Below, piece by piece: positions 1 through 10,664 of a stretch of 64,000 nucleotides of DNA (positions are counted from its first letter, which is position 1; each line of letters begins with the position of its first letter). Both the position numbers and the translations under genes were made by a program. The stretch comes from Podospora anserina (lineage: Eukaryota). Under the pieces are notes generated by a model, which was not told the origin of the DNA, did not search any database, and was given only the letters and a program-made list of their open reading frames with translations. Location of the stretch: positions 806,001-870,000 of the forward strand of contig CM030337.1 of NCBI GenBank assembly GCA_017654855.1, written 5' to 3'.

Positions 1-281
1 TCTGGGGGTGGCTCGCCCCGACCAAGGGACCCTTCCCGGGAGATGAGAACTTTATGTTTACGGGAACTCTCCGTCTCCCTCAACTCTTGGCGGATGCTGT
101 GGGCCTGGCCCCGGCGAAGGCGACTATTTCTGGAGGGCTTGCGCTTGGTGTCATGAGTCTGTGGTCTGGGTTTGTGGCTGCGGCTAGCGAGGTGGTTGAC
201 CTCTTTGGCTGGGACGATAATCTGACCATCCCGGTTCTCAGCGGTCTCGGAATTTGGGGGTTTCTCAAGGTGTTTGGTTAA
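1..281 (+). CDS. DGK1: 3' end of CTP-dependent diacylglycerol kinase (cytidylyltransferase family), partial
   Basis: Frame open from base 3 (WGWLAPTKGPFPGDENFMFTG...) to TAA at 279-281. Hydrophobic C-terminus with the family motif SEVVDLFGWDDNLTIPVLSG. Confidence 0.8.
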   Translation, partial: WGWLAPTKGPFPGDENFMFTGTLRLPQLLADAVGLAPAKATISGGLALGVMSLWSGFVAAASEVVDLFGWDDNLTIPVLSGLGIWGFLKVFG

Positions 282-3200
282 AGCGAGGCGTGGTTGTCAG
301 GGTTTCAACACGAGAAGACGACAGAAAAAAGAAATCTGGCCGGCGGCGGCAGCGAATGCGGCCCGGTTGGATGTGTATGTTTATTAAATTGCATGGACGG
401 CGTTGCTTGGGGTTGGGTGGTTTATTGACCCCAAAGGATACCTACGTAGACGTCACCTCGAATCTCTTATCTCATTCAACATACATATTTCTCTACCTAC
501 TACCTATGGATTCCATCGGAACATTCGAATATCGAAAAGTGTACACTCGCTCTATGGCACAGCTATTCAGGCCCTACATCAACCCCGCGGTGGGGGAGCA
601 CTTATGATGCCATGATATATGCTTTGGAATGAGGGGGCATTTGGAGAAGGCGCATGGGTTTTGTTGGCTCTGCAGCTGCCACGCAGCTTGACTGTATGTC
701 TTGCATCGGCTTACACGCGGGGATCATGTTCAGAGAAGGGGGCCCTCCGTCCGTCTCTCTCCTCTTCGTGTTGCGCCTTTCGATAATCTCCAGAGGCTGT
801 CACGGCAGGTGGTTTGTCCCACGAACGGTTCCTTCGATTGCATCAACCACTTTTGATGATTCGCCCATCCTTCTCTGACAAAAGCCCTAGCCGCATGCTC
901 GACACGAACACCTGGTTGCGCCAAGCCTTTTTTTTTCTCCATGCATATTCAAGGTACTCTGAAGATATGACTCCCGAACGAACGAACGAGCCACCTCTTG
1001 GACTTCCATGTCATGTCTATCGGCTGCTGAAAAGAGGGGACTGACTGATGGAGAAGGGAATCCGACTGTGGCTGCCATGGTTTTTCGTCTGTCCTATGAA
1101 ATCGTGCCCAGTCATCAAGGGCTCGGCACCGGCGCAACGCACGTCTGCGTTTGACTGCATGCCGGTCCAATTTCCTACTCTGAGAGTTACATTCTCTCCG
1201 CTAAATCCCACTGGATTTTCTCGAACAATTCCCAGTGGATCGAGAAGACCATTGAATTGGTGCGGTACCACACCCACGGCCGGACGTGCGGCAGGACGTC
1301 TCCTCCCTTGATGCGTTGTCCCCCTTCCTCAGCATAACATGCTGCTACTGCTGCTGTCTTTCCCGAGCTCCTGCATCGAGGATTGGCGTTTCATTCGAAA
1401 CTGTTGAAGAATACCTCCGGCCTCGTTCCTCTTTACCGATCCTCAAAGCCAACGCCTACACAGCCTGGCTGTTGACTGGCTCATTCTGACTCAATACTTG
1501 GCGATATCTCCCGTGCATTTGGTGGTTCTGCCTGGCCGTTTTTCCAACTGGAGGAGATGGAGAAAAACGCCAACTGGCTAGCCTCGAGACGTCCAGTCAG
1601 ACCTGCAGGAACAGCACTCGTTATTAGCTCACCAACCATCCATCCCATCCACAGCGGGCCCAGGCTGGCGGGTTCTCTCGCTCTCACGCTCTCGTCAGTG
1701 GTTGAAGCTCTGTCCCACAAGAATTCGGCCATTGGGTCGGCTCGAAGAAGAAGAAACAGCCGGCAAGCCGTTATTTGTCTCGCATGGAGAGGAAGTCATG
1801 CCGCTCCTTTCCGGCCTTCTACCCGGCAGCTGCTATATGCCGTTATCCTAGGTGCTTCTTGGACAAACCAGAGGTGTAGCGGTCTAGGGGATTTGCGAGT
1901 GACTTGGCCTGTCGGGTGGGATGATGTCTGGATAACAACAGCTGCTGACTTGCTACCGAGCCGGGGCTTTGAGGTAGCGAGTGGCCACTTGCCTGGTCCA
2001 TCAGTCGGGTCCTTCATCCGGCCACTCACTCCTCTGGGTGTCCTATACTCCAATTTTCTGTTTTGATGTCCAACACCTGCCATCAGAGACACGGTACGGC
2101 TCACCGCTTTCCCTCCTGCCAGTCGGGATATGCACATATTCGAGACCCTTCAACTCTGAGAAGAGCAGCAAGCAAGTCTCGGGAACTCGCCACTTTCAAT
2201 ATCAATGGCAGCTGCAAAAGGAACGACATCACATCACTGCCGTACCTGGGTTGCGTACAACGGAGCACCGAAAACCGGAAAGGCAAGGAAAAAATTAGAC
2301 AGCGGGTGCCTGTGCCTGGGGTTTATTCCAAAACCTTCCTTCGGTAAAGCGGATCCCGGGAGGCACGACATATGCTCGGCCCATATATGGTGTCGACTAT
2401 CATAAGGTGGATAAAAGAAAAGAAAGAAACAGAGCCTTGCAGCAGAAGGCGGATGGGAACACGGAAAGTCAAGGTTATGCCAGGGCTTATTAACCTGCAT
2501 TTCTAGACGCAGGCTGTGGGGGTGGGCAAAAAAAAAAAAAGGAGTATTCTGCCATGCCATTCTGGATTCATGGCTGACTGCCACGGGGGGACCAGTCCAG
2601 AGGCGGCACCTCCACCTTTGCAGGTCGAGTAGCCACTCAATCCGCCGACTTTCACCGAGACAGCAGAGGGATTTACCTTTTCAGCCTTGGACCAATGGCG
2701 TTATTCCACCTTTTTCCTTCTTTGGAATCCTCGATGTCAGGAAAGATGCCCTCCAGCTTTGCAAGGGGCCGGAGACAACTTAGACAGTCGCGCACAGGCC
2801 AAGTCCAACATACGGTGTAAGAGGATGCAGGCCACTCTGCAGCAGGCATTCGTCTTGTTCTTTTTTGTCTTCTGGGATTTGGACAACACATTGCCCGACT
2901 TGATGCATCACTGCCTAACCCGACTTTGCAACATTTGTTTGACGTCCGCTTCTTTATTCCCCTCCCCTCTTCGACTTGTCCGAGCCAACGAAACGGTGGG
3001 CTATCAGCCTAGGTATCTTTGAGCAACCTTCGCCGCTTTTAACTTGATTCCTGCCTGGTTCGTGGATCCAAACGGTGCATATACCTCCACACATGCCTCC
3101 ACTTCACTCCTTCGCCATCTTCCGGCCCGCCGCTTCCTGGTTCGTGGATATTGTCTCCTGTTCCCATCAGCCAGCCTATCTGCAGCTACCGTTTCGTCTG

Positions 3201-4122
3201 CCTGTCTGTCTCTGCCGGTCTGGTAGTGTCTGATGACACACACATCGTTGTCGTCCAGACCGTCGTCACTTTTCTGACCTCCACTTGCGGCGAAACTAAC
3301 CTCTCACAGGTGTTTCCCATCCCCCCCCCCCAATCTTTCTATCTCCTACACCCCATCCCTGTCCCGTCATCTGCAGAAGAGAGGATCTTGTCCCGAGCAG
3401 GGAGTCAGTCTATGCCAACCATGTTGCTGTTTCTTGCCTCTCTCTCTCTCTCAGCCGGGACTAGTCGTCGTCTACATGGCTATGTACACCCCCCCTCCAT
3501 CAGCCGGCTTTCTTTCGAGATGGAGTTTATCCTCCCTTGAAACCTTGAAGCCTCTATCTCTTTCGCCTCCTCCTTCCCACACACAACACACAATTGCCCT
3601 CCCCGGAGCCATTGGGCTTACAACCGGAGTGCCGGCTCCCCCGTTGTAGCCAATACAAACGGTTGATAGTCCCACCTCTCGGCATATGCGAGTTGCTTTT
3701 ACTCGCTCCTTTTTCTTTCTGTGATCACATTGAAACTTTCCTATAGGTCCCTCTAGCGTTTGGTGGCTTTCGTTTCTTCCTCCAGGGATCACCCCATCCA
3801 TTGATACGGCCCTGTTGGTCAGTGGTTGATATCAAGGGTGTGTGAGAAGGAGGGGGGTGAGGTTTACGTTTTTTTCTTGATCAATACCGATAATTGAACG
3901 TCGTCACCATACTTATTTCTCATCACATATCTACTTGCCTGGTTTGTTCTGGCCAAGTGAGTTAGTGTGTAGGCTTTTGGTTCAACGAATAGGAGTTGCC
4001 CTCCTCGGGGATGGATAGAGTCCGTCCTTATCCATGTCCCCCTCTCTCTCTCCCTCGTGATGAAATCGGCATGCTATCGGCCGACTGGATGAGAGGGGGG
4101 GAGGGGAGGAAGGAGGAAAATG

Positions 4123-4129
4123 TATAAAA
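4123..4129 (+). promoter_or_regulatory. Putative TATA box upstream of KXD1
   Basis: TATAAAA about 440 bp upstream of the ATG at 4569, followed by a pyrimidine tract and a CA-rich leader. Confidence 0.35.
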
Positions 4130-4568
4130 GGGGGGGAGATGGCAGATATGGGAGAGATTTCTTTTCTTTCTCTTTTCTTTCTTCCATTCTTTACAACGAG
4201 AACAAGTTGAGTTGGGCTTGATACCTACCATACTGCGCTACAGCTCTGTCTGCTTGCTTTCACACACACACACGCACACACACACAATTACTTTACTACA
4301 CTTTACCCAAGAGGAGAGACTTTCACAAGTGACACCTTACTCTTGGTCTTGTCCATCCAACCATTCTATCTATTCACAACCCTTTCCGCCACACACATAC
4401 ACACACATACACACACATACACAAACATTTCACCCTAGTTACCTTGGGCAGAAAGTTTATTTATTTTTCCCCAAACCCAACGGTTACACATTTTTACCCT
4501 TTTCTTATTCTCCCCACCACCGCCACCACTACAATCTTCCCATCATCACCAAACTTTGCCATATCAAA

Positions 4569-5451
4569 ATGTCCCACTATTCAACCCCTTACTACCCCAC
4601 CACAACCTCCATCCCCATCCCGCCCACCAAGTCAGCCTACCAATCCCCCTACTCTCCATACTACCCACCCGCCGAGGAGACAGGGACGTACTCCGTCTCG
4701 CCCCCTGAGCTCACAGATGATGGGCACAGTTTGGTGAGCACTGGTGGTGGTAGCTACTCTATCGGTCCGTCGGGGTCGGTCTCCTCGGGGTCAGACTACT
4801 ACTATGGTGGTGGGTCTGGGGTTGGGGGGGATGTTGCGGCGGGAAATGTGGCGAATGTGGATTTGAACGAGTACATGGCTGAGAGGTTCAGCGGGGGGGT
4901 GATGGATTCGGTCGGGGGGGTGATGGATGGGTGTACTGTGAGGCAGGCAAAGGCGTGAGTTTTTCCCTTTTGATTTTGGAGAGAGGAAGAGAAAAGCTGA
5001 CAGAGTTAAAACAGTTCTGGTCATTTGAACGCCAAACACAGGGAACTGCTCGAGTTGCAGGCCAAAGCGCAGGCGAGGCTGGCAAAGACGAGGGCGAGGT
5101 TCGCGCAGGGGATGGAGGATGCGAGGGAGGTGAGGGAGGATTTGGAGTGGACTCAGAGGAAGGTTGCGTGAGTTTTTTGCCCCCTCCCCCTTTTTTTTTT
5201 TTTCTTTTTTGTTTTCCTCCCCTTCAGCATTTCAAGCATGGGAATTTTTGGCTATCTGGCTTCGAACCCCTAAAAACCGCGAGATCCCAAATTTGGCGGA
5301 CGAGCAGCAGGAGGCAAATCTGGGGACTGGTTGTTTTCTGAGAGAACAGGGGCTAATAATGGAGAATAGGTCGCTCAAGACAAAAGCGTCAAAGAAGCAC
5401 ACAAAAGAGTACACCAAAGCTCGCGCTCGGTACCCAAGCCCAGATTACTGA
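4569..5451 (+). CDS. KXD1: BLOC-1/BORC subunit KXD1 (KxDL domain), 3 exons: 4569-4954, 5015-5167, 5370-5451; 206 aa
   Basis: Splicing at GTGAGT...GCTGAC...CAG and GTGAGT...GCTAAT...TAG gives QAKASGHLNAKHRELLELQAKAQARLAKTRARFAQGMEDAREVREDLEWTQRKVASLKTKASKKHTKEY, typical of fungal KxDL proteins. Confidence 0.85.
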
Positions 5452-5839
5452 ACCCTCCCCCCCTTTTTTTTTTTTTTTTTTTTTTTCATTTTCTCAACCT
5501 TGTCCAAAAAATTTGTCTTGTTCGTTATTTTTCATTTTGGTGGGTACAGCAATTTCGATGGGATATCCAAATTTTTTTTTTTTTTCACAGGTGAGGGCAG
5601 AAGGCTGGAGGAAAATCACAGCCTTGGGGAAGGAGTGAGGTTGATAATGGCAAGGCGCGCGGCAACACACACTCCACTGATCTCTGTTTTGTAAAAGCAG
5701 CGAGTGGAGGTTATAGGGCTGGGATTGACAGGGGGGGGGTGTGGTGTGTCGATGATTCTGCATTTTTGTTGCATATGCGCGGATGGGGATGGCGGGCGTT
5801 TTTTTTTTTCGTTTTTTTTTTTCTGGGTTGAGTTTGGTT

Positions 5840-6286
5840 TCACGCCCCCTCCATCACGCCGCCGCTACGGGCCGCGCCCACCCACCATTCTTTTTCCCCT
5901 GGAATTTCCCGACTGGGAGGTAGTGGGGGTGGTGATTGGCGGGGGGAGAAATATGGGCTGTGGATGTTGACAGGGGAGATCTCACTGGGACTGGGGATGG
6001 CAAGAGAGTTTGGGGTGGGAAGAATTGATGGGTTTTGCTGCTCACACCCCCCTCCTCTAGAGTACTGCACGTCAGAGCGGCATGGCGGGAGCAGGCGGAT
6101 GTGCTGTGCTGTGCTGTGCTGTGCCCAGAGGGAGGTGTGGATGAGATCAGGCGTGAGGACCAGGGGGTTCTGTTCGTTGGACCCGGCAGATGGATGCTCC
6201 GTGCCTTGCTTCTGGGAGTAGCCGGGCAGGTTTTTCCACGTGGACTGGGGGCTCAGCTGAGGAGACTGGTGGGGAGAGATAGTCAT
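5840..6286 (-). CDS. Possible orphan Pro/Ser-rich protein (148 aa)
   Basis: ATG-initiated ORF with no recognisable domain. It reads through a (CAGCA)n repeat and may be non-coding. Confidence 0.25.
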   Translation of the reverse strand: MTISPHQSPQLSPQSTWKNLPGYSQKQGTEHPSAGSNEQNPLVLTPDLIHTSLWAQHSTAQHIRLLPPCRSDVQYSRGGGCEQQNPSILPTPNSLAIPSPSEISPVNIHSPYFSPRQSPPPLPPSREIPGEKEWWVGAARSGGVMEGA

Positions 6287-6951
6287 GGGTCTTCTCCGTT
6301 TTGTCGTTTTAGGGCAGCGTTTATAAGACGGGGTGATGATGGAGGGGACGGCAGCTGAACTTGTCTGTGGGTCGAAAACAAGGTCTGTGAGTAACGAGAG
6401 TTTTTTCCATGTAGTTTCTTTTCTAGCTGGTTAGGTCGTAATGATACCTTTCGTTTTTGGTTACCCGTGAAATCTCGTGACTGGTGGTCAGGTGAAGGTT
6501 GCCTAGGGTTGATGAACATATGTCCTGATTTCTGTCTCGCCCAGCTCTGTCATGTAGACACTAGCACTTGTTTTGTTTCGAACTGGGTCGAGCATCTTAC
6601 TAAGGTCATGGCTTGGTGCCCAACCAGATATGTAGCGCTTGGGCAGGTGGAAGCATGCAGTTTTGGACAGACATGCCTCGGACACCAAAGGGAAAGCATC
6701 ACGTGATGCCACTGGCTATCTTTGGGGTGACAATGTGTTGAAGAGCAAAGAATTAAATGTGGTCTGGTATGTACTATCAAATTGTAGTGTTACAGACTCA
6801 AGTCGTCAATCATTGCGTTATAAACTTTTCCCACGCCAGAAGATAAAGATGCTTGAAACAGAATAGACGCTGCGTTTCAGGTGGCAGCAGCGAGGAACAC
6901 CTCAGCTTTGGCTTCCGCCACTACCTCTGGCACTTTTAATTCAGAACCAAT

Positions 6952-7743
6952 CTATATTATCTCCAATTGGGTAGTTTGCTGCTGGTCTGGATGCTCTTGG
7001 CTTTGTTGTTCTTGTTGCTGCTGTGGAACTCCCTCTGGCTGGTAAGGCTTCCTTTCCAGCCAGGTACCCACAGGTTCCAACCCATTCTTCTTCTCGAGTG
7101 GCTCCCAGGGGTTCTCGTTGGAGCGGGAGTCGTAGTAGTCAATGTACCAGTTTGGATTGTGGCCACCGCCACCTCTGCCGCCTCCGGCCCCTCCTCGGCC
7201 TCCTCTCTCACCAAAGTTGCCTCTGCCTCTTGCATTAAAATTACCCCGGGTGGTAGGGTTGGAACCTGACTCTTGGCGTTGTCCCTGGTTTGGACTATGA
7301 CTGCCCTCCTCCGCTGCTGCTGCGTCGTGGTGATCTTCGTCGTGATTGACCCTCTCGGCTGTTATCGTTGAACCTCGAAATCCCTTGATGAAAGGATCGG
7401 ACCCTTGGCCTGTTGGGGATGGTGAGATGTCAACATCAGTATCGGTCGTGACGATGATGGACGAGCAGGAAGCTCGGGTTGGACCGCCCCTAGGGGATGG
7501 TGCGGGGTGGGTGCCGTCGGGCACTTGGGGGTGTGCTGATCCTTCATCTGACCGGGATCTCTTGCTTGGTGGGTGTTCATCAGAGATGGAGGAGGGACGG
7601 GGCCGGCGAGTGCGAGCGGTGGTGGTGAAGGAGGAGAAGCCCATCAATCTAGCCATTTCGGCACTTTCGTCATCTTGTTGGGGGTCATTTTGCTCGGTGT
7701 GATGGTCGCCACCGTCGAGAGAAATTCCGCTGGGGTCGGACAT
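6952..7743 (-). CDS. Low-complexity protein (263 aa) with an N-terminal MARLMGFSSF motif, an RGG box and a C-terminal YYDxxxNENPWxxLE motif (MPLKIP/TTDN1-like candidate)
   Basis: Single-exon ORF. Short motif islands sit within disordered sequence: EMARLMGFSSF, RGRGNFGERGGRGGAGGGRGGG and WYIDYYDSRSNENPWEPLE. Confidence 0.75.
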   Translation of the reverse strand: MSDPSGISLDGGDHHTEQNDPQQDDESAEMARLMGFSSFTTTARTRRPRPSSISDEHPPSKRSRSDEGSAHPQVPDGTHPAPSPRGGPTRASCSSIIVTTDTDVDISPSPTGQGSDPFIKGFRGSTITAERVNHDEDHHDAAAAEEGSHSPNQGQRQESGSNPTTRGNFNARGRGNFGERGGRGGAGGGRGGGGHNPNWYIDYYDSRSNENPWEPLEKKNGLEPVGTWLERKPYQPEGVPQQQQEQQSQEHPDQQQTTQLEII

Positions 7744-8602
7744 TCTGGACGTAATGAATGGGGAATGAGAATGAGGTGGTTAGTCGCCAGCTGACCTCGA
7801 CTTGTGATTCAGATATGTGAGAATAAGTAGGTAGTGTTGTGTGCCGAGGTGCTTCGAAAGGTCCTTTGTGAGGTCTAGATTCAGCAGCTTGAAATCAAGC
7901 TTCCCTGCGTATTACGTTATTTCCTCGAGAAGCTGTTCAAGCTTGGGCGGGATGTCTCTTTGTTGGTGGGTGCTGGAGTGACGGGAGACCAGATGAAGTC
8001 GGCTGCCGTTAATGAAATTCAGCCTTGTGGGTCTCTCGCTAACCACGGGAACGCTCTAGCGGCTCTGTGTGTGTAACCGCAGCCGGCCGAGATGTCTGTG
8101 AGCTGTCAGTTTTCTCATTTATTTTCCGTCTTCTCGATTTACATCAGGTGATTGGGCTTGTCCCTGAACGGGAACTACCGTTGGTTTGAAGTCTAGAAGT
8201 GTGGTGGAAGGACCAACGGTTGTTCAACTGTCAAAGACGGCCCCAGGGTCCGCTATAAGGGTCAGGTTTTAGTGGGGCCACCTGCTTCTAACACAGTGAA
8301 CCGAATGCCTGGAATAGAATCAGCAACCAACTCCTCTCTCGTCTGTGTCTTTTCCAACCTCAGTCAATCTGCAATCTCAGGGAACCTGTGCCATTACACA
8401 CGCTGCATGTCGCACCGCCGAAGCCGCATGAAGAGTTGGCTTGACACCTGTAACACCCCCTGAACCAGACGCTCGGACACGCACACCCCTGCCTCTCCTC
8501 ACACCTTTCATATCTCAACCTCACTTTCATTCCATCACCACCATTCTCATCTCACATCTCACAGCATCATTTCCACCAGCATCATCATCCAACTCACCAA
8601 AA

Positions 8603-9184
8603 ATGTCACCCATAACCCTCCACCAACCCTCCAAATACTCCCCCTCACCCACCACCACCACCACCCCCTCCCCAACCATCGACTTCCTCTCCCGCACCTG
8701 GTCCGTAACCCACTCCACCCTCCCCATGTGGCGCAAAGCCCGCAACGTCAGAATCACCTACTCCCCCCTCCCCCAACCCACCCCCGGCTCCCCTCTCAAA
8801 ATCTCCGACCTGGTCGAGTACGAGCCCCTCGACGGGTCCTCCCTCAAAAACGTCCGCGGCGTCGACACCGCCTCCGTTCCCAACTCCCTCACAAGCTGGG
8901 ACTGGCGAGGCTCCAGCTTCCTATTCTTTGTCACCTCCCACTGGGAAATCCTGGGGTACGGAGAGGTCCCAGAAACGGGGGAGCGATGGGTTGTAACTTG
9001 GTTCCAAAAAACCCTGTTCACGGCTGAAGGGGTAGATGTGTACAGTGATCGGAAAGAGGGGCCGAGTGAAGGGTTGAAAAAGGAGATTTTGGAAGCGTTG
9101 GAAAAGATGGAGGGTGGGGTCGGGGGGTTGTGTAGGAGGGATATGCACGAGGTAAAGGTTGAGTTGCCTTGGAGGGAGCAATAG
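8603..9184 (+). CDS. Conserved fungal hypothetical protein, possibly lipocalin/calycin-like beta-barrel (193 aa)
   Basis: ATG in CAAAAATG context. Globular core FLSRTWSVTHSTLPMWRKARNVRITY...WDWRG...VTSHWEILG...WVVTWFQKTLFTAEGVDVYS. Confidence 0.8.
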   Translation: MSPITLHQPSKYSPSPTTTTTPSPTIDFLSRTWSVTHSTLPMWRKARNVRITYSPLPQPTPGSPLKISDLVEYEPLDGSSLKNVRGVDTASVPNSLTSWDWRGSSFLFFVTSHWEILGYGEVPETGERWVVTWFQKTLFTAEGVDVYSDRKEGPSEGLKKEILEALEKMEGGVGGLCRRDMHEVKVELPWREQ

Positions 9185-9253
9185 AATGGTTTATTGATTT
9201 TGCGGTTGGGTATTATGAGCAGGGTTTGGGTATTTGGGGTATCATAGTCTAAT

Positions 9254-10267
9254 TCAGCGCTCCGTGTCATCTCTACTTCTAGTGTGTTTCCTCTCCCTGT
9301 TTCTGTCGCGGTGGGATCTCTCTGAATGGTGACCGCCTTTCTCGTGTCTGGCGCGCTTGGGAGATGGAGACCTGCTTCTGCGCCTACGTGAGTCTCTTTC
9401 AGAGCGATGCCGATCCCTGCTTCTGCTCCTTTCTCTGTGCCTTCTTTCCCGGCTTGAGTTTCTGTCTCTGTGTCTTCGTCTGTCGCTGCTCCTATCCCTA
9501 TGTCGATGCCTCCTCTCCCTTCTCTCTGCCTTTTCCAACTCTCCCAGTTCCCTCTCTTTTTCCTCGTTTACCTTCCTTCGTTCTTTTTCCAGCTCCCTCA
9601 CCTTGGCAGCACCGCTCTTCATCATGGCAAGCGGGTCACTCGACACCAACCTTGCCGCTTCCCTGGCCTTTCTGTTCGGGTCGTCCTTACCAAAGACATT
9701 TTTGCTTGGAACGACCGACGAAATTTGGTCATCCGGCGTGGCATACCATGCGTCACCTGCCCCAGCCACAGTTCCAGGACCAAGACGGAGCTGGGCCTGC
9801 TCAGCCAGCTGCTGCTTCTTTTCCTTCTCCACATCCGGGTGTTTTGCATGAGTTTGTTGAGGCGTAAAAAGGGTGAGATGGCCTTTACTGTCGACCAAGT
9901 CATCTGGGGTATTCAATGTGGTGGGTGGCGCTAGTGATTGGAACTGTTGATACTGCTGCTCCTGGCGTTCTCTTGCGAGGCGTAACTCAAAGTCGGTGTC
10001 ATCCTCTCCTTGACGTTTGCGTTTCTTTCGGGGTTCTCGTGGCTCCCTGACTGATGATCTGATTTCTGTGGAAGAGTCGGGTCCAGGAAGCGGTGGCGGG
10101 ACCTCTCCTCTCAATGTGGCCAGCCTGCGCTCAGCATCCTGCTCCTGCATGCGCTGCTCGCCGGCTTCCTCCTTCAGGCGAGCGGCTGCCTCGTCGCGCC
10201 TGACGCGCTCGATGTTGGCTGTGTTGTAGACGTTCCATGATTTCTTGCCTAGAAGGTGGAGAGGCAT
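9254..10267 (-). CDS. Cir_N (CBF1-interacting corepressor N-terminal) domain protein, LENG1-like, with RS/RD-rich tail (337 aa)
   Basis: N-terminal LHLLGKKSWNVYNTANIERVRRDEAAA matches the Cir_N motif. SDPLAMMK motif and an Arg/Ser/Asp-rich C-terminus. Confidence 0.85.
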   Translation of the reverse strand: MPLHLLGKKSWNVYNTANIERVRRDEAAARLKEEAGEQRMQEQDAERRLATLRGEVPPPLPGPDSSTEIRSSVREPREPRKKRKRQGEDDTDFELRLARERQEQQYQQFQSLAPPTTLNTPDDLVDSKGHLTLFTPQQTHAKHPDVEKEKKQQLAEQAQLRLGPGTVAGAGDAWYATPDDQISSVVPSKNVFGKDDPNRKAREAARLVSSDPLAMMKSGAAKVRELEKERRKVNEEKERELGELEKAERRERRHRHRDRSSDRRRHRDRNSSRERRHRERSRSRDRHRSERDSRRRRSRSPSPKRARHEKGGHHSERSHRDRNRERKHTRSRDDTER

Positions 10268-10664
10268 TGTAAAAGATGTTTATTTGGATAAAGATGTGAT
10301 GGCTGTAAGAAGGGCCATCAGTGAGGACGTTGCACCTTGATGGCTGGCCGCCAAGACAAAATGGTGGGGTCCAGCATGGGGCGCCAAGCTGCCCGTACAT
10401 TAAAACGCCCCCTTTGTACACCGTTTCGCCTCATTATGTTGTGGGCCTGCGACAACAACTGTCCCGCTGGCGAGCTGACCCGTGGGAGCTACATTGACCT
10501 CGAAATCTACCACCAACTCCTCTCCCCCCAGGCAACGAAGAAAGCGACTCGTCATACCAAACTGTCCTCTTCTTCGAAATCACACCATATCAAAGCACTG
10601 CGTCCCGACACCTAGTCCCCGTTACGCTATACCAACCAGCACACCACCAACATACTCGAGCGAG

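Noticed and set aside
282..4100. ORFs in the DGK1-KXD1 interval (e.g. 1557-2066)
   Set aside because: No domains or coding bias, and many use non-ATG starts; probably non-coding.
4212..4568. 119 stop-free codons in frame upstream of the KXD1 ATG
   Set aside because: CA-repeat, G-poor leader composition explains the lack of stops, and there is no ATG.
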